Assembly: GCA_964489015.1 (NCBI GenBank)
Contig: CAZAXD010000005.1
Location: forward strand, 13,521 to 77,520
DNA from: an uncultured Sphingobacterium sp.
GTDB taxonomy: Bacteria; Bacteroidota; Bacteroidia; SpSt-205
DNA: 64,000 nucleotides
Direction of reading: 5' to 3'
Part shown: positions 20,168 to 29,900 of the stretch, in pieces
How positions within the stretch are numbered: the first letter of the stretch is position 1
How the letters are laid out: each line of letters begins with the position of its first letter
Notes under the pieces: model-generated
Seen by the model: the letters and a program-made list of their open reading frames with translations, nothing else
Database searches by the model: none
Told to the model about the DNA's origin: nothing
Program-made: the position numbers and the translations under genes

Positions 20168-22372
20168 ATGCTCCGCGTTCTCTGGGCACTTCTGGGGTTA
20201 GTTTGGGCCCAGGGGCAAATAGAGTTGGTAGGACTTATCCGAGCAGCGGAGGAGGCTGCCCCTCATGAGGTTCCAGGCCTCGTTCAGAGAATGCTGCCTC
20301 TTGCTCGAGCGGCTTGTGCTAGCCGCCCTCAGGATACCCTGTGTCTAAAATATGCCCCACAGGTTCTCGACTTGTGGGCTTATGCGCTCTTTTTTGAGGG
20401 AAAGCTCGATTCAGCTCTCCTGCTAAGTGACTCCGCCTACAAGCTCTTAGAGCGGACGGGTTACATCCGAGAAGCCGCTAGCGTTTTAGGCAATGTTGCT
20501 TATTATCACCATCAAAAGGGGCAAATTGTGTCTGCTATCGAGGCCAACTACAAAGTCCTCGAGCTGGCAAAGACCCTGGATGACACGAGGCTACTGTTTT
20601 ATACCTCCAATAACTTAGCTGCTATCTTTCAGGAGATAGGCATAGAAGACAGCGCGACGCGCTTTTACTTGAAGGCGTTGGACTATGGGGAAAAGCTCGG
20701 CGCTAAAGACCTGGTGGCCACTGTACTGAATAACTTAGCGAAGTTTTACTACGATCAGGGTCTATGCCAAAGCGCGCTGAGTTATGCCAAGCGGGCGCTA
20801 GCCCTTCGTATGGAGAGTGGTGACACGGCGGGGGCCGCTATCACCTACGCCAACCTAGGCGCCTATTATCAGGAGCTAGGCCGAGTAGATTCTGCGAAGG
20901 CTGCTTTACAAGCCGCATTATACTGGTCTCGGCGCTCTAATTACAAGAACGCACAAGCGCTGGCCCTGATCAATCTAAGTCGGCTTTATGCGGACGCAGG
21001 CCTTTGGGATTCTGCCCGGACTTGTCTAGATCAGCTTCTCGAGTTTCGAAAAAATGCTTCAGAATCCGAACGATTTCGTGCCTATCTGGCCATGCTAAGC
21101 TTTTACTATCGCCAGTCAGAGGCTAAGCCCACTCTGCGGCGTACACTCTCTCAGCAGGCCCTTCATTGGCGCACGCAAGCGCTGCCCCTCTTGCCACATG
21201 TCAAGGAAGTAGATCTCGTACGGAACTTTTATTCTGCAACCTATCGGATCTTTGCCAACCTTGGCGATACGGTTAGGGCTTTTCGGGATTACATGATCTA
21301 CATTGCGCTTTCCGATAGCCTGCTTTCTAAAGAATCTAGACGTTCTGCCATCGAGTCTCGTTACCAGTATGAATGGCAGCAGCGCGAGCGCAGCTTACTA
21401 GCCCAGCAGATTCAGTTAGAGGAGCGACGAAAGCGCCAGCTTGTCTGGCTGGGGGTTATGGGTATCCTGCTTTTGGTGGTGGGACTAGGGGCTTTCTGGT
21501 TTTATCGGCTTTATCGTCAAATGCAGTTGCAGCGGGATGTTATTGCAGAAAGCAGTGCTCGTCTGCAAGAGGCGCATGCTGTGATCAAGGCACAGCATGA
21601 CGAGCTGCGCCAAAGCTTACGCTATGCGCAGCGCATTCAGCGAGCCCTTCTCCCCGATCCGATGCGCATGCAGCAGCTGCCCTTTACTTGCCGAATATGG
21701 TTTCAGCCGCGGGGCGAGGTAGGAGGGGACTTTTACTGGCTACGTCGGATAGGAGAAGGCGACCGCTACCTTATAGCCATAGGCGATTGTACCGGTCATG
21801 GCGTGCCTGGCGGGTTTATGACCATGATGCTGATAGCACTTCTAGAAACGGCTCTAGAACAAGAAGCCATTGATCTATCGGGGGCAGCGGCTTTTATCAG
21901 TCATCGTTTGCGCGAGCACCTGCATGCCGATAAGCACGAGGGGGTTCAGGATGGGGCTGAGCTCGTTTTAATAGAACTAGATCTACGCTCGGCCAAGATG
22001 CGCTACATCAACGCTGGTGGGAGTATGCGGGGCTGGTGGGTCAGCCCAGCGTGTTTAGAGGAGATTCGTCCTACAGGGCCTGGCCTCGGCTATAATCCAC
22101 TCGGACGCCCTATGGCTTGGACCGAGTGCCCAGTCGACATATCCGCCGGGGGACGTCTATACCTCTTTTCGGATGGCTATCGCGACCAGCTCAGCCCAGC
22201 AGGACGAAAGTTTCCATGGAAACACCTTCAAAGGGATTTGCCTTCGTTCCAGCGGGAACCTATTGTTTCTGTCCAAGACCAGCTAATTACTCGATGGGAG
22301 CAGCACCGGGGCGGTACGGCCCAGGTCGATGATGTAACTGTGTGCCTTTTAGAGCTACCGCCGCTCAGCTAG
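20168..22372 (+). CDS. TPR-repeat sensor protein with transmembrane helix and C-terminal PP2C/SpoIIE-type phosphatase domain
   Basis: The signal peptide is MLRVLWALLGLVWAQGQ. About 350 aa of TPR-like repeats follow. There is one TM helix (LVWLGVMGILLLVVGLGAFWF) and a coiled coil. The SpoIIE/PP2C motifs are GGDFYW...IAIGDCTGHGVPGG and, at the end, DDVTV. Confidence 0.75.
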   Translation: MLRVLWALLGLVWAQGQIELVGLIRAAEEAAPHEVPGLVQRMLPLARAACASRPQDTLCLKYAPQVLDLWAYALFFEGKLDSALLLSDSAYKLLERTGYIREAASVLGNVAYYHHQKGQIVSAIEANYKVLELAKTLDDTRLLFYTSNNLAAIFQEIGIEDSATRFYLKALDYGEKLGAKDLVATVLNNLAKFYYDQGLCQSALSYAKRALALRMESGDTAGAAITYANLGAYYQELGRVDSAKAALQAALYWSRRSNYKNAQALALINLSRLYADAGLWDSARTCLDQLLEFRKNASESERFRAYLAMLSFYYRQSEAKPTLRRTLSQQALHWRTQALPLLPHVKEVDLVRNFYSATYRIFANLGDTVRAFRDYMIYIALSDSLLSKESRRSAIESRYQYEWQQRERSLLAQQIQLEERRKRQLVWLGVMGILLLVVGLGAFWFYRLYRQMQLQRDVIAESSARLQEAHAVIKAQHDELRQSLRYAQRIQRALLPDPMRMQQLPFTCRIWFQPRGEVGGDFYWLRRIGEGDRYLIAIGDCTGHGVPGGFMTMMLIALLETALEQEAIDLSGAAAFISHRLREHLHADKHEGVQDGAELVLIELDLRSAKMRYINAGGSMRGWWVSPACLEEIRPTGPGLGYNPLGRPMAWTECPVDISAGGRLYLFSDGYRDQLSPAGRKFPWKHLQRDLPSFQREPIVSVQDQLITRWEQHRGGTAQVDDVTVCLLELPPLS

Positions 22373-23248
22373 GAGGTAACCTAAGCCCCACCGGTCAAAA
22401 GTTCTCTGGGTCCTATACCCTAAAGTTGAGAGACGCGTTTGAAGCGGCTGTGGGTCGCCATGGTATTCGATATGCCAAAAGCGGACCCGACGCAAAGTAT
22501 CGGCCGGCGTCACGCCTAAAAGCGCCAATTCGCATCCTTCGCAGTCAAGCTTGACATAATCTACCTCCTCTACCTGTAGGTGGTCTAAGAGCGTCTGGAG
22601 GCTATAAACCCGCACTTGGACCTGCTTATCAAACGCAATGAGCTTTTTGGTGAGGGTGGTGGGCTGGAGGCTATTGGCATCCGGCTCTATAGACGAGACG
22701 TGGAACGTAGCTTCTCCATCCTCTGCGCCCAGAGCGGCGGGTAAGAGAGTAATGAGGTTCTCTATCTGCATGCGGCGGATATTGGCCTGAGCGAGTTCGT
22801 AATTAGGCGGATACGGCTCCAGGGCTATCACGTGCTGGGCGCCGCGCAGGGCAAAGTATATGGCCGAGTCCCCATTATAAGCGCCTACGTCTATGACGGT
22901 CTTCCCAGCGAAAGTGTCCCCGTAATCCTTTCGGATGAAAATCTCGTAAAGCGTCATTAGGTCCATCCCCTCGGCTAGTCTTGTATGAAAGAAGCGGCCG
23001 GGAGCAAGCTCCCAAGCTAATGTCTGCGCGTCTAGCACGGTGGGTTGCCAGCCTGCTTTCCGGAGCTGAAGGAGTCCGTAGACGTTAGGAAGCCAGATTC
23101 GAAGGGAAACGGCCTTTCCCCCGAGACGGAGGGGAAGGGTAGATTGGCCAAGCAGGGCACGCCACCAAAGCTTGAAAGGCCGATCCGTGATTTGGCCTAA
23201 GTCAGACCAGGCTCGTAGGAGCTTCAGTAAATAGATATAGCGCATCAT
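22355..23248 (-). CDS. FkbM-family SAM-dependent methyltransferase
   Basis: The SAM-binding glycine motif is VIDVGAYNGDSAIYFALRG. The remainder is FkbM-like. The start is set at MMRYIY (23248). The low-complexity 5' extension of the listed ORF overlaps the recombinase gene and is rejected. Confidence 0.6.
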   Translation of the reverse strand: MMRYIYLLKLLRAWSDLGQITDRPFKLWWRALLGQSTLPLRLGGKAVSLRIWLPNVYGLLQLRKAGWQPTVLDAQTLAWELAPGRFFHTRLAEGMDLMTLYEIFIRKDYGDTFAGKTVIDVGAYNGDSAIYFALRGAQHVIALEPYPPNYELAQANIRRMQIENLITLLPAALGAEDGEATFHVSSIEPDANSLQPTTLTKKLIAFDKQVQVRVYSLQTLLDHLQVEEVDYVKLDCEGCELALLGVTPADTLRRVRFWHIEYHGDPQPLQTRLSTLGYRTQRTFDRWGLGYLLAERR

Positions 23249-23268
23249 AATTTTGAGGGAGAAGCGTT

Positions 23269-24129
23269 TTAGGCACGGGGATGATATTTTTTGTAAGCTT
23301 CTTTTAGCTGAGCGGGAGAGATGACTAGATATTTCTGCGTGGTGGCGAGGCTGCTGTGACCGAGCATGTCTCTTACGGCTTCTACGGGCAGCCCCCGGTC
23401 TAGCAAATGCGTGGCGATGCTGTGCCGCAGGGCATGGGGGTGCGTTCCGAGGCGAGCCCGGATGATGCGATGCACCGCGCGGCTGTAGAGAGGACGCCCC
23501 GCTGGGGTGCATAGGAGGCGGGCATGGCTGGGATGAAGCCGGCTTCGCTCGGCCAGGTAATGCCGCAGAAGCATCTCTAAACGGGGATAAAGGGGCAACA
23601 CGCGCCAACGCTGCCCCTTGCCTAATATGTGTATCTGTCCGAGTTCAAAATGAATCGAACGAACTTCCAGTGCTAAAGCCTCACTGCGTCGGAGCCCTAA
23701 GCCATATAGCAGTTCAATTAAGACGCGGTCACGTAGGTTGACGAGATCCGTGTCCGTTTCTTGGTCTAGAGCTGATAGCCTAGCTTGTAGCGAGGGTTCG
23801 CTCAGTGCTTTAGGTAAAGCTGGCGACACGCTAGGGGTTTCTAGTCGGAAGGGAAGGCCTTCCCTTCCTGAGATGGTCTTCACAAACTGATCAAATCGCC
23901 TTAAGGTCGTGGCTTTACGGGCGCGAGTAGTGGGATTATCGAAGGTGCTGAGCCAGGCCCGAAGCATATTAGGCCGTACTGCTTGCCAGCCTTCTACGCT
24001 TCCCAAAATATCCACTCCATAAACCTCTTGGCAAAAGTGTTGCCATCCCACGAGATCGCGCCGATACGCTTCTATGGTGCGGGGACTTTTGCCCTCTATC
24101 TCGAGGCGCTGTAAAAAGGCGTCCAACAC
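23269..24129 (-). CDS. Tyrosine site-specific recombinase (XerC/XerD-like integrase)
   Basis: The N-terminal SAM-like core-binding domain is present (SPRTIEAYRRDL). The catalytic residues are present: R in GLRRSEAL, HxxR in HALRHS, and the Tyr nucleophile in ATTQKYL. The start is uncertain: GTG at about 24129, or TTG at 24192. Confidence 0.7.
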   Translation of the reverse strand: MLDAFLQRLEIEGKSPRTIEAYRRDLVGWQHFCQEVYGVDILGSVEGWQAVRPNMLRAWLSTFDNPTTRARKATTLRRFDQFVKTISGREGLPFRLETPSVSPALPKALSEPSLQARLSALDQETDTDLVNLRDRVLIELLYGLGLRRSEALALEVRSIHFELGQIHILGKGQRWRVLPLYPRLEMLLRHYLAERSRLHPSHARLLCTPAGRPLYSRAVHRIIRARLGTHPHALRHSIATHLLDRGLPVEAVRDMLGHSSLATTQKYLVISPAQLKEAYKKYHPRA

Positions 24130-24161
24130 CAAACAAAAGTACGTTTCCTCATCTTTGCAGC

Positions 24162-25013
24162 GTGGGGTACGTCGTTGGCTGTATCGTGACAAGTGCTTTG
24201 CTCCTGGTGTGGCTCCGGCTGTGGCGATTGCCTGTCTTTAGCCTGGTCACAGCTAATTACTTGGTGGCGGTGGCGGCCGCCCTCCTCTTGAGGCCCTTGG
24301 CGAAGGAGCCGCTTGAGCGGCTTCCCCTCGTGGGGTGGCTACACCTGGTGGGGCTAGGTGTGTTGTTTATAACGGTCTTTTTCCTAACGGGTCGTGTTGC
24401 GCGAGAGATGGGGGTAGGCATAGCTGGCATGCTCTCAAAGCTCTCTCTCGTTCTCCCGATTGCTTACTCTGTGCTATTCCTGGGAGAGCCGTTTTCTTTT
24501 AGGCAGGGTGTAGGCGTGGGTTTAGCTTTGGGGGCTATTATCCTTGTGCATGTGCCTTACTTACAAAGAGGTGGGCTACTACGGCTCTGGCAGGCGATGC
24601 GGCTCGGCCTTCTTTTATGGGTAGGCAATGGGGTTATAGACATCGCTTTCAAGTCTGGGCAGGTGTACTGGACGGAAATCCCAGCGGAAAATATTCCCCC
24701 CCTGATTATGGGCACGGCTGGCCTGTTAGGACTGGTCATACATGGCTTGCAGGGCGAATGGCGATCTCTAATCAGTGTCCGTTTGTGGATAGGCGCCTTA
24801 GTATTGGGTCTTACGAATATTGCTTCGGTTATTTTTTACGTCATGGGGCTTCAGACCTTACCAGGGGTGATATTCTTCTTGATCCTGAACCTGGGTATTG
24901 TCATGCTGTCTGGTTTTTTGGGTGTGCTTCTTTTTCGAGAGCGCTTGACGTGGGCAGTTGCCAGCGGCTATCTGCTGGGTCTTTTAGCGATAGGTCTTAT
25001 AAGTTGGTCCTAA
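24162..25013 (+). CDS. DMT/EamA-like 10-TM permease
   Basis: Ten hydrophobic helices. EamA-like motifs sit at the domain ends (VLFLGEPFS). 283 aa. Confidence 0.45.
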   Translation: MGYVVGCIVTSALLLVWLRLWRLPVFSLVTANYLVAVAAALLLRPLAKEPLERLPLVGWLHLVGLGVLFITVFFLTGRVAREMGVGIAGMLSKLSLVLPIAYSVLFLGEPFSFRQGVGVGLALGAIILVHVPYLQRGGLLRLWQAMRLGLLLWVGNGVIDIAFKSGQVYWTEIPAENIPPLIMGTAGLLGLVIHGLQGEWRSLISVRLWIGALVLGLTNIASVIFYVMGLQTLPGVIFFLILNLGIVMLSGFLGVLLFRERLTWAVASGYLLGLLAIGLISWS

Positions 25014-25762
25014 AATGAAGAAGGCCCCCTTTTGGGGGCCGACCGGCTGGACTGACAAGATCGCAACTGATGTGTGAAGAGCAAGAGCCTTCTAAGGGCG
25101 CTTTCGCTCACATCCAGTTTTTGCGTAGAAGATCTAAACTTCTCTATGAATACGAGGGGATCGGGAAACAAACTATTTACTAGCTCAGCTTCTTGCTCTA
25201 ACTCGTCGAAATGAGGGGAGCGCTCCGCCGTGTATTTGATAAGGTACCGGTGCACAAAATGGTTACGCCCCTCGCCAGGAGCTTGGGGCAAAGGATGAGC
25301 GTACAACTCCTGCGGTAAAGATACTTTGAGCCTGCATAACGCAAACAGCCAAGCGGGAATAAGGGGTAGTTCAGAAAACGGAAGATACCGCGCCCACACC
25401 CGCCCGCAGCTGGGTGGAGCAATGACCCCGCGCCCCTCCCATTGAAAATCAACCCCCTCCAACACCTTGCGGGGAAGCTCTGTCAGCTCAGCACGAAAAT
25501 AGTAGTGCGCGCCTCGAGACGTGCGGTAATAGGCACACTCCGTGTTTTGAAGCAGTTGATGCAGGGAGGTATGCAGCAGGGTGCTGCCATCCACATCGAC
25601 AACGAGAAGGCCCAGGCCCGTAAGAATGCCAACATCTGCACCTTCAGGCCAGGTGGCGGGATTATACTTATACGCCTGCCAGCCCGCTGCTAGCGGACGC
25701 TTGCCCTGGGCAGGGTATACCCTGTACCCGTCTCGGACCAGGCGCTCAACTGTTACCGTCAT
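25010..25762 (-). CDS. Bifunctional DNA primase/polymerase (Prim-Pol) N-terminal domain protein
   Basis: It resembles archaeo-eukaryotic primase-like Prim-Pol domains found on plasmids, phages and integrative elements: YPAQGKRPLAAGWQAY, the acidic LLVVDVDG, and the downstream aromatic/His block. Confidence 0.5.
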   Translation of the reverse strand: MTVTVERLVRDGYRVYPAQGKRPLAAGWQAYKYNPATWPEGADVGILTGLGLLVVDVDGSTLLHTSLHQLLQNTECAYYRTSRGAHYYFRAELTELPRKVLEGVDFQWEGRGVIAPPSCGRVWARYLPFSELPLIPAWLFALCRLKVSLPQELYAHPLPQAPGEGRNHFVHRYLIKYTAERSPHFDELEQEAELVNSLFPDPLVFIEKFRSSTQKLDVSESALRRLLLFTHQLRSCQSSRSAPKRGPSSF

Positions 25763-25934
25763 GATTGTGTATCTTGACTACGCGTTTTAGATATTCCGCA
25801 CGATGCACAAACGTCTTGTGCCCTATGTCAATATAAGGAACCTTGTACCCTTTTAAGTGCCTGCGTACAGTAGCCGTACAAATTCCCAGCTCCTTCGCAA
25901 GCCGGGGAAGGTGGGTATACTCGCCCAGGTCCAT
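25746..25934 (-). CDS. Excisionase-family helix-turn-helix DNA-binding protein
   Basis: The 62-aa protein has the HTH_17/Xis-like pattern LPRLAKELGICTATVRRHLKGYKVPYIDIGHKTFVHRAEYLKRV. It overlaps the Prim-Pol gene start by about 17 nt. Confidence 0.5.
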   Translation of the reverse strand: MDLGEYTHLPRLAKELGICTATVRRHLKGYKVPYIDIGHKTFVHRAEYLKRVVKIHNHDGNS

Positions 25935-26297
25935 ATGGTAAATTTAGCACTACAACCATTACAATTAGCATGCCATAGCCAAGCACTCTGCCCGCCTCAC
26001 CACCCTTAGCACCGCTCCCCAAGGCCCCCAGCCTCCCCATAAAACAGAACAGGCCGCCAAAAGCGTTAGAACGCCAAAAAGAGCCGTTTTACCCCTATCA
26101 CTCGTGTGATCCCGCCCAGGCCCGAAAACCCCGCTCAAATCGGCTCTGAATACCGCTGGCCGCTTCCCTATCCGCTGCCCCGCGCCCGCTGCTAGGCATC
26201 TGCATCGGTGGTAAGCGCGCGCGGATATCTGCTCAAATCTGCGGCTTCGTGCACAAGATCTGTCACACAAAGCACTCATAAGTCCCTGTCCGCCAAT

Positions 26298-26540
26298 GGG
26301 TTCCGTCTCTGATACACATCAAGTGTCGCGTTCGCTAACCCTCTTATATCTTTTTTTTATAGTGTATCTATTTGGAAAGAGATACACTTGATGTGTATCA
26401 GGCTCGGAAGTCGCTGTCCTACAGCCACTTATGAAACGTATTTGTAACAGATAGTGAGCACGAAGAAGGGTCAAAGAGCACTTCAAGTGTAACACCCCTC
26501 TGCTTCTTGGTTTGAGGGTGTATCTAAATAGATACACTTA
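26298..26540. promoter_or_regulatory. Array of inverted heptamer sites GTGTATC/GATACAC (iteron- or operator-like)
   Basis: GTGTATCtatttggaaagaGATACACttgatGTGTATC lies at about 26359-26396. A second palindrome GTGTATCtaaataGATACAC lies at about 26518-26537. An outer 18-bp inverted repeat pairs CTGATACACATCAAGTGT at about 26300 with ACACTTGATGTGTATCAG at about 26385. All lie in a 1 kb non-coding region next to the Xis/Prim-Pol genes. Confidence 0.6.
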
Positions 26541-26897
26541 AACCCACTCCAAAAAGTTTTTTGCAACATCATGGCATTTGCACTTTATGGCGAGCGAGTA
26601 GAGGGCGTGCATGAGCTTGGGAAAGTTATATTTTGTGGCATGCTAAGTATGGCGAGGGGTTCTAGGGTGCCCCGCGTGGTACAGAATTTGATGAGTATTC
26701 CAGGGAAACACAAACTTCAATGCCTATGAAAACGCAAGTAGAACGGTATGAAGCCGTTCGGAGCCGTGTGGGGACGAGCCTACTGCTAGGCGTGAACACC
26801 TTTGCGAGGCCCTCTCGTCCCTGCCCGCGGGCGAGCGAGTGGAGGCACTGAGGGAAATGGCTTTGCTCGGCTACGCATCACACGCTTCACAACGTTC

Positions 26898-26924
26898 AGC
26901 AGCTTCCTCGTGCTGAGCAGCTCA
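26898..26924. promoter_or_regulatory. Perfect 27-bp palindrome about 50 bp upstream of the S8 peptidase start
   Basis: The sequence is cctcgtgctgagc-a-gctcagcacgagg (13-bp arms). It is followed by aaaaagagg rather than a T-run, so it is not a canonical terminator on either strand. A candidate operator or RNA stem. Confidence 0.5.
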
Positions 26925-26976
26925 GCACGAGGAAAAAGAGGGTCCCCTTGGTTGCATGAAAAGCTTACCTTAGGCT

Positions 26977-29900
26977 ATGCGCTGGTGGATCGTGGGATGG
27001 ATAGGCGCTATGTGGGCTCAGAGCTTCTGTGTAGCGGTGGCCCCTCAGCAAAAAGAACTGGCGCGGGTCCTGCGTCAAAATCGACTCGCTGCGCCGGTCC
27101 GTCAGGGACCCTTATGGAAAGGTCTTTCGCGAGTAACTCCATTAGTAGCTGATACGAGTTTGACAGACCTGAGCCACTGGTTTGTGCTCTCGTTTCAGGG
27201 AGAGGACAGCGCTGCGGTGGTGCAGCGGTTACTACAAAGCGGATACTTCTGGGTGGTGGAGCCCAATCACCGCCGCCGATTGTGTGCAGACCTGTATGGG
27301 TGGCATCATGCAATCATGGGTACGGCGCAAGCCTGGACCCGCACGATGGGACACGCGAACGTTCCGATCGCTATCATCGACACCGGGCTAGATACTGCTT
27401 TAGGGGCCTTTACAGGACAGTACTGGGTCAATGCCCCAGAGGATCTTAACGGCAATGGTCGCTTGGATTCTGCAGACCTCAATGGGCTCGATGACGACGG
27501 TAACGGCTGGATCGATGATGTGATCGGGTATGACTTTACGGACCAGGCTCGGGGTATTGCTGCGGGAGATGCTTGGACACCCGACCCGATCCCTGTAGAT
27601 GAGAATGGGCATGGCACCGCTGTAACGAGCTTGATCGCTGCGCGATCGGATAGAGGGCCGATAAGCGGCTTAGCGCCAGGTTGTCGGATTCTGGTGATAC
27701 GGGCTTTTAGTGCAGACGGCTACGGGGAGGATGATGATATCGCGCGAGGTGTACTTTATGCAGTAGAGCGGGGAGTTCGGGTCATCAACTGCAGCTTTGG
27801 CGATGAAGCCCCTTCGCAAATGATGCACGCTGTGATCCGGTATGCGGCTGCGCGTGGCGTGGTGGTGGTAGCCTCTTCTGGCAATGGCAGTGGAGGACGT
27901 CCCCACTTTCCCTCAAGCTTTCCCGAGGTAATTAGTGTGGGTGCCGCAAGCTATGACCCTGAGAGTGGTCGGCCCTTTTTGTGGCCCTTCTCGGGGTATA
28001 GCCGGGTAGACTGGATAGCACCTGGTGACCGAATTCCCGTTCTCCTACCAGGGGCCCAGGTGGCTAGCCTAAGTGGGACGAGCCTCAGTGCGGCGCTCAC
28101 AAGTGCGGCGATAGCTCTGTTACTAAGCCGCTTTCCCGGGCTAACCCCGGAAGCCGTCCGCGCTACACTAGCTGCTTCTGCTCAAGACTTAGGCGGGCCG
28201 GGCTGGGATGTGTATACAGGCGCAGGCCTGCTTAGGCTTTTGCCCGGCTTAGACCAGCCACACGAAGGGCTCATTCAGTGGCTCGAACCGGCGCCTCATA
28301 CAACGGCGCCGCTCGCGCCTGTGGCGCTTCGACTCCGGATTTATCATAGCCTCCTGGTAGGTTGGGAAGTGGCCCAAGCTAGAAGCTTGCAGGGGCCCTG
28401 GCTCGTGATCGCTAGAGGTCATCGCCCCGCTTGGGATACAAGCTTTACATGGCAACCGTCTAGCGAGGGTCAGTGGTATTTGCGCCTCTCTGCTATGCTT
28501 CGGAATGGTCAAGCGCAAGCGAGCATCCTTCCCTTAGAGGCTGTGCAAGGAGGTTTGCGCTTTGAGCAGGCTGAGATAGGCCCTGCATGGCGGGAGGGTT
28601 TCCAGGGCCGTGTGGCTAACTACCTACTCAATGCGTCCGCTCCAGTCTGTGTGGAGAGCGCCTCTGACCGATTATGTGCCGATAAAATCGATACCATTGG
28701 CGCGATCTTTTTAGGCATCAGGCCTTCCACGGCCTGGACCTTTCAAGCGCTTGGGGGCTTGGATACACCCCAGGTCATGCGCAGCACGCCGCCCCCCGCC
28801 TATGAAGCGCTAGCCTTTGATGCCTACGCCATTCGAAATATATCGGCGCCTGCTGGTTTTTACTGGCCTTATCCGCTCCCAGACTGGGGTGGGGATGGGC
28901 TGCCCGATTACGCTGCTGCGGTTTATGACGAGCAGGGGTATTTTCAGCATGTCGTTTATATAGAACGACGAGGGGCGGTGTATGAAGCGTACGACAGTCT
29001 GACGGCGAGGCCTATGCTTATCCGGGACGTGAGAGACTGGGATGCCGATGGTCAGCCAGACTTGCTAGGCGTGTGGGTAGACAGCTTCTTTGTGTGTAGC
29101 GGTAGTCCGCCCAAAGAGATCGTATGGCGAGGGGCCGGTCGGGCTGCCCGCTTAGACGCCAACCAGACCATCTGGCGACGCACGGAAAACGGGCACTACG
29201 AGCGCGTCTCTCAGCAGGGACAGGTCCTGGCGCGCTTGCTGGATACCACTACCTGGCAAGGCTCTACCACGATCCCTCGGCTGCTGCTGCTGCCTGCTGC
29301 TTCAGAGACTCTCTGGGTTTTTGGCAATTATTCAGGTTGGATTTTTGCCTATCGGGGGTCCTCGCTGGTAGAAGCTTATCCTACTAGCCTATGGGGGGTA
29401 GGCTCCTATCTCGAGGCTGTCGAGCTAAACGGCGATAATCAGAGCGAATTAGTTTATCTGGGGCAGCGGCCTGGGGCCAAACTGTGGGAGCTAGGCATCT
29501 TAGGCGGGCGACCTTGGCAGCACATAGCTCAAAGCGTATTTTGGTACGAGGGTGATTATGCGCCTAGACTCTTTCTGCGCGCCGATACGGTCCTGCTGTG
29601 GTTGCCTCCGTACGTGTACGTTGGCCAGCTTAGTATGAGTGGTATCCGCTGGTGGGCTTATGGACCGGCGGCTTGGGGCGCCTTTGGGCCACTAAGAGAA
29701 GGTTGGCTTCTTGGTCTCGACTCAGTCCCTTGTGTGGTAGAATATACCCCGCCTGTCCTCCTAGCGCCGGCCTGGATTCGGGTAGGAGCGTTAGGCGTGA
29801 ATGCCGTAGACCTTAGTTGGTCTCCAGTCGGCAGTGCTACAGGCTATGAGCTCTGGCGTATAACTGGTAATCAAGCCACTTTGGTTTATGCAGGTGCTCA

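Noticed and set aside
22355-23608. Long N-terminal extension of the FkbM methyltransferase ORF (417 aa)
   Set aside because: The first 120 codons are low-complexity (PPMHPSGASSLQPRGASHH...) and overlap the recombinase gene on the same strand in another frame. The methyltransferase fold starts cleanly at MMRYIY, so the start was moved to 23248.
25020-25050. GC hairpin ggccccc-tttt-gggggcc after the DMT permease stop, as a terminator
   Set aside because: It lies inside the 3' end of the convergent, overlapping Prim-Pol CDS. On the plus strand it lacks a following T-run, so it cannot be called with confidence.
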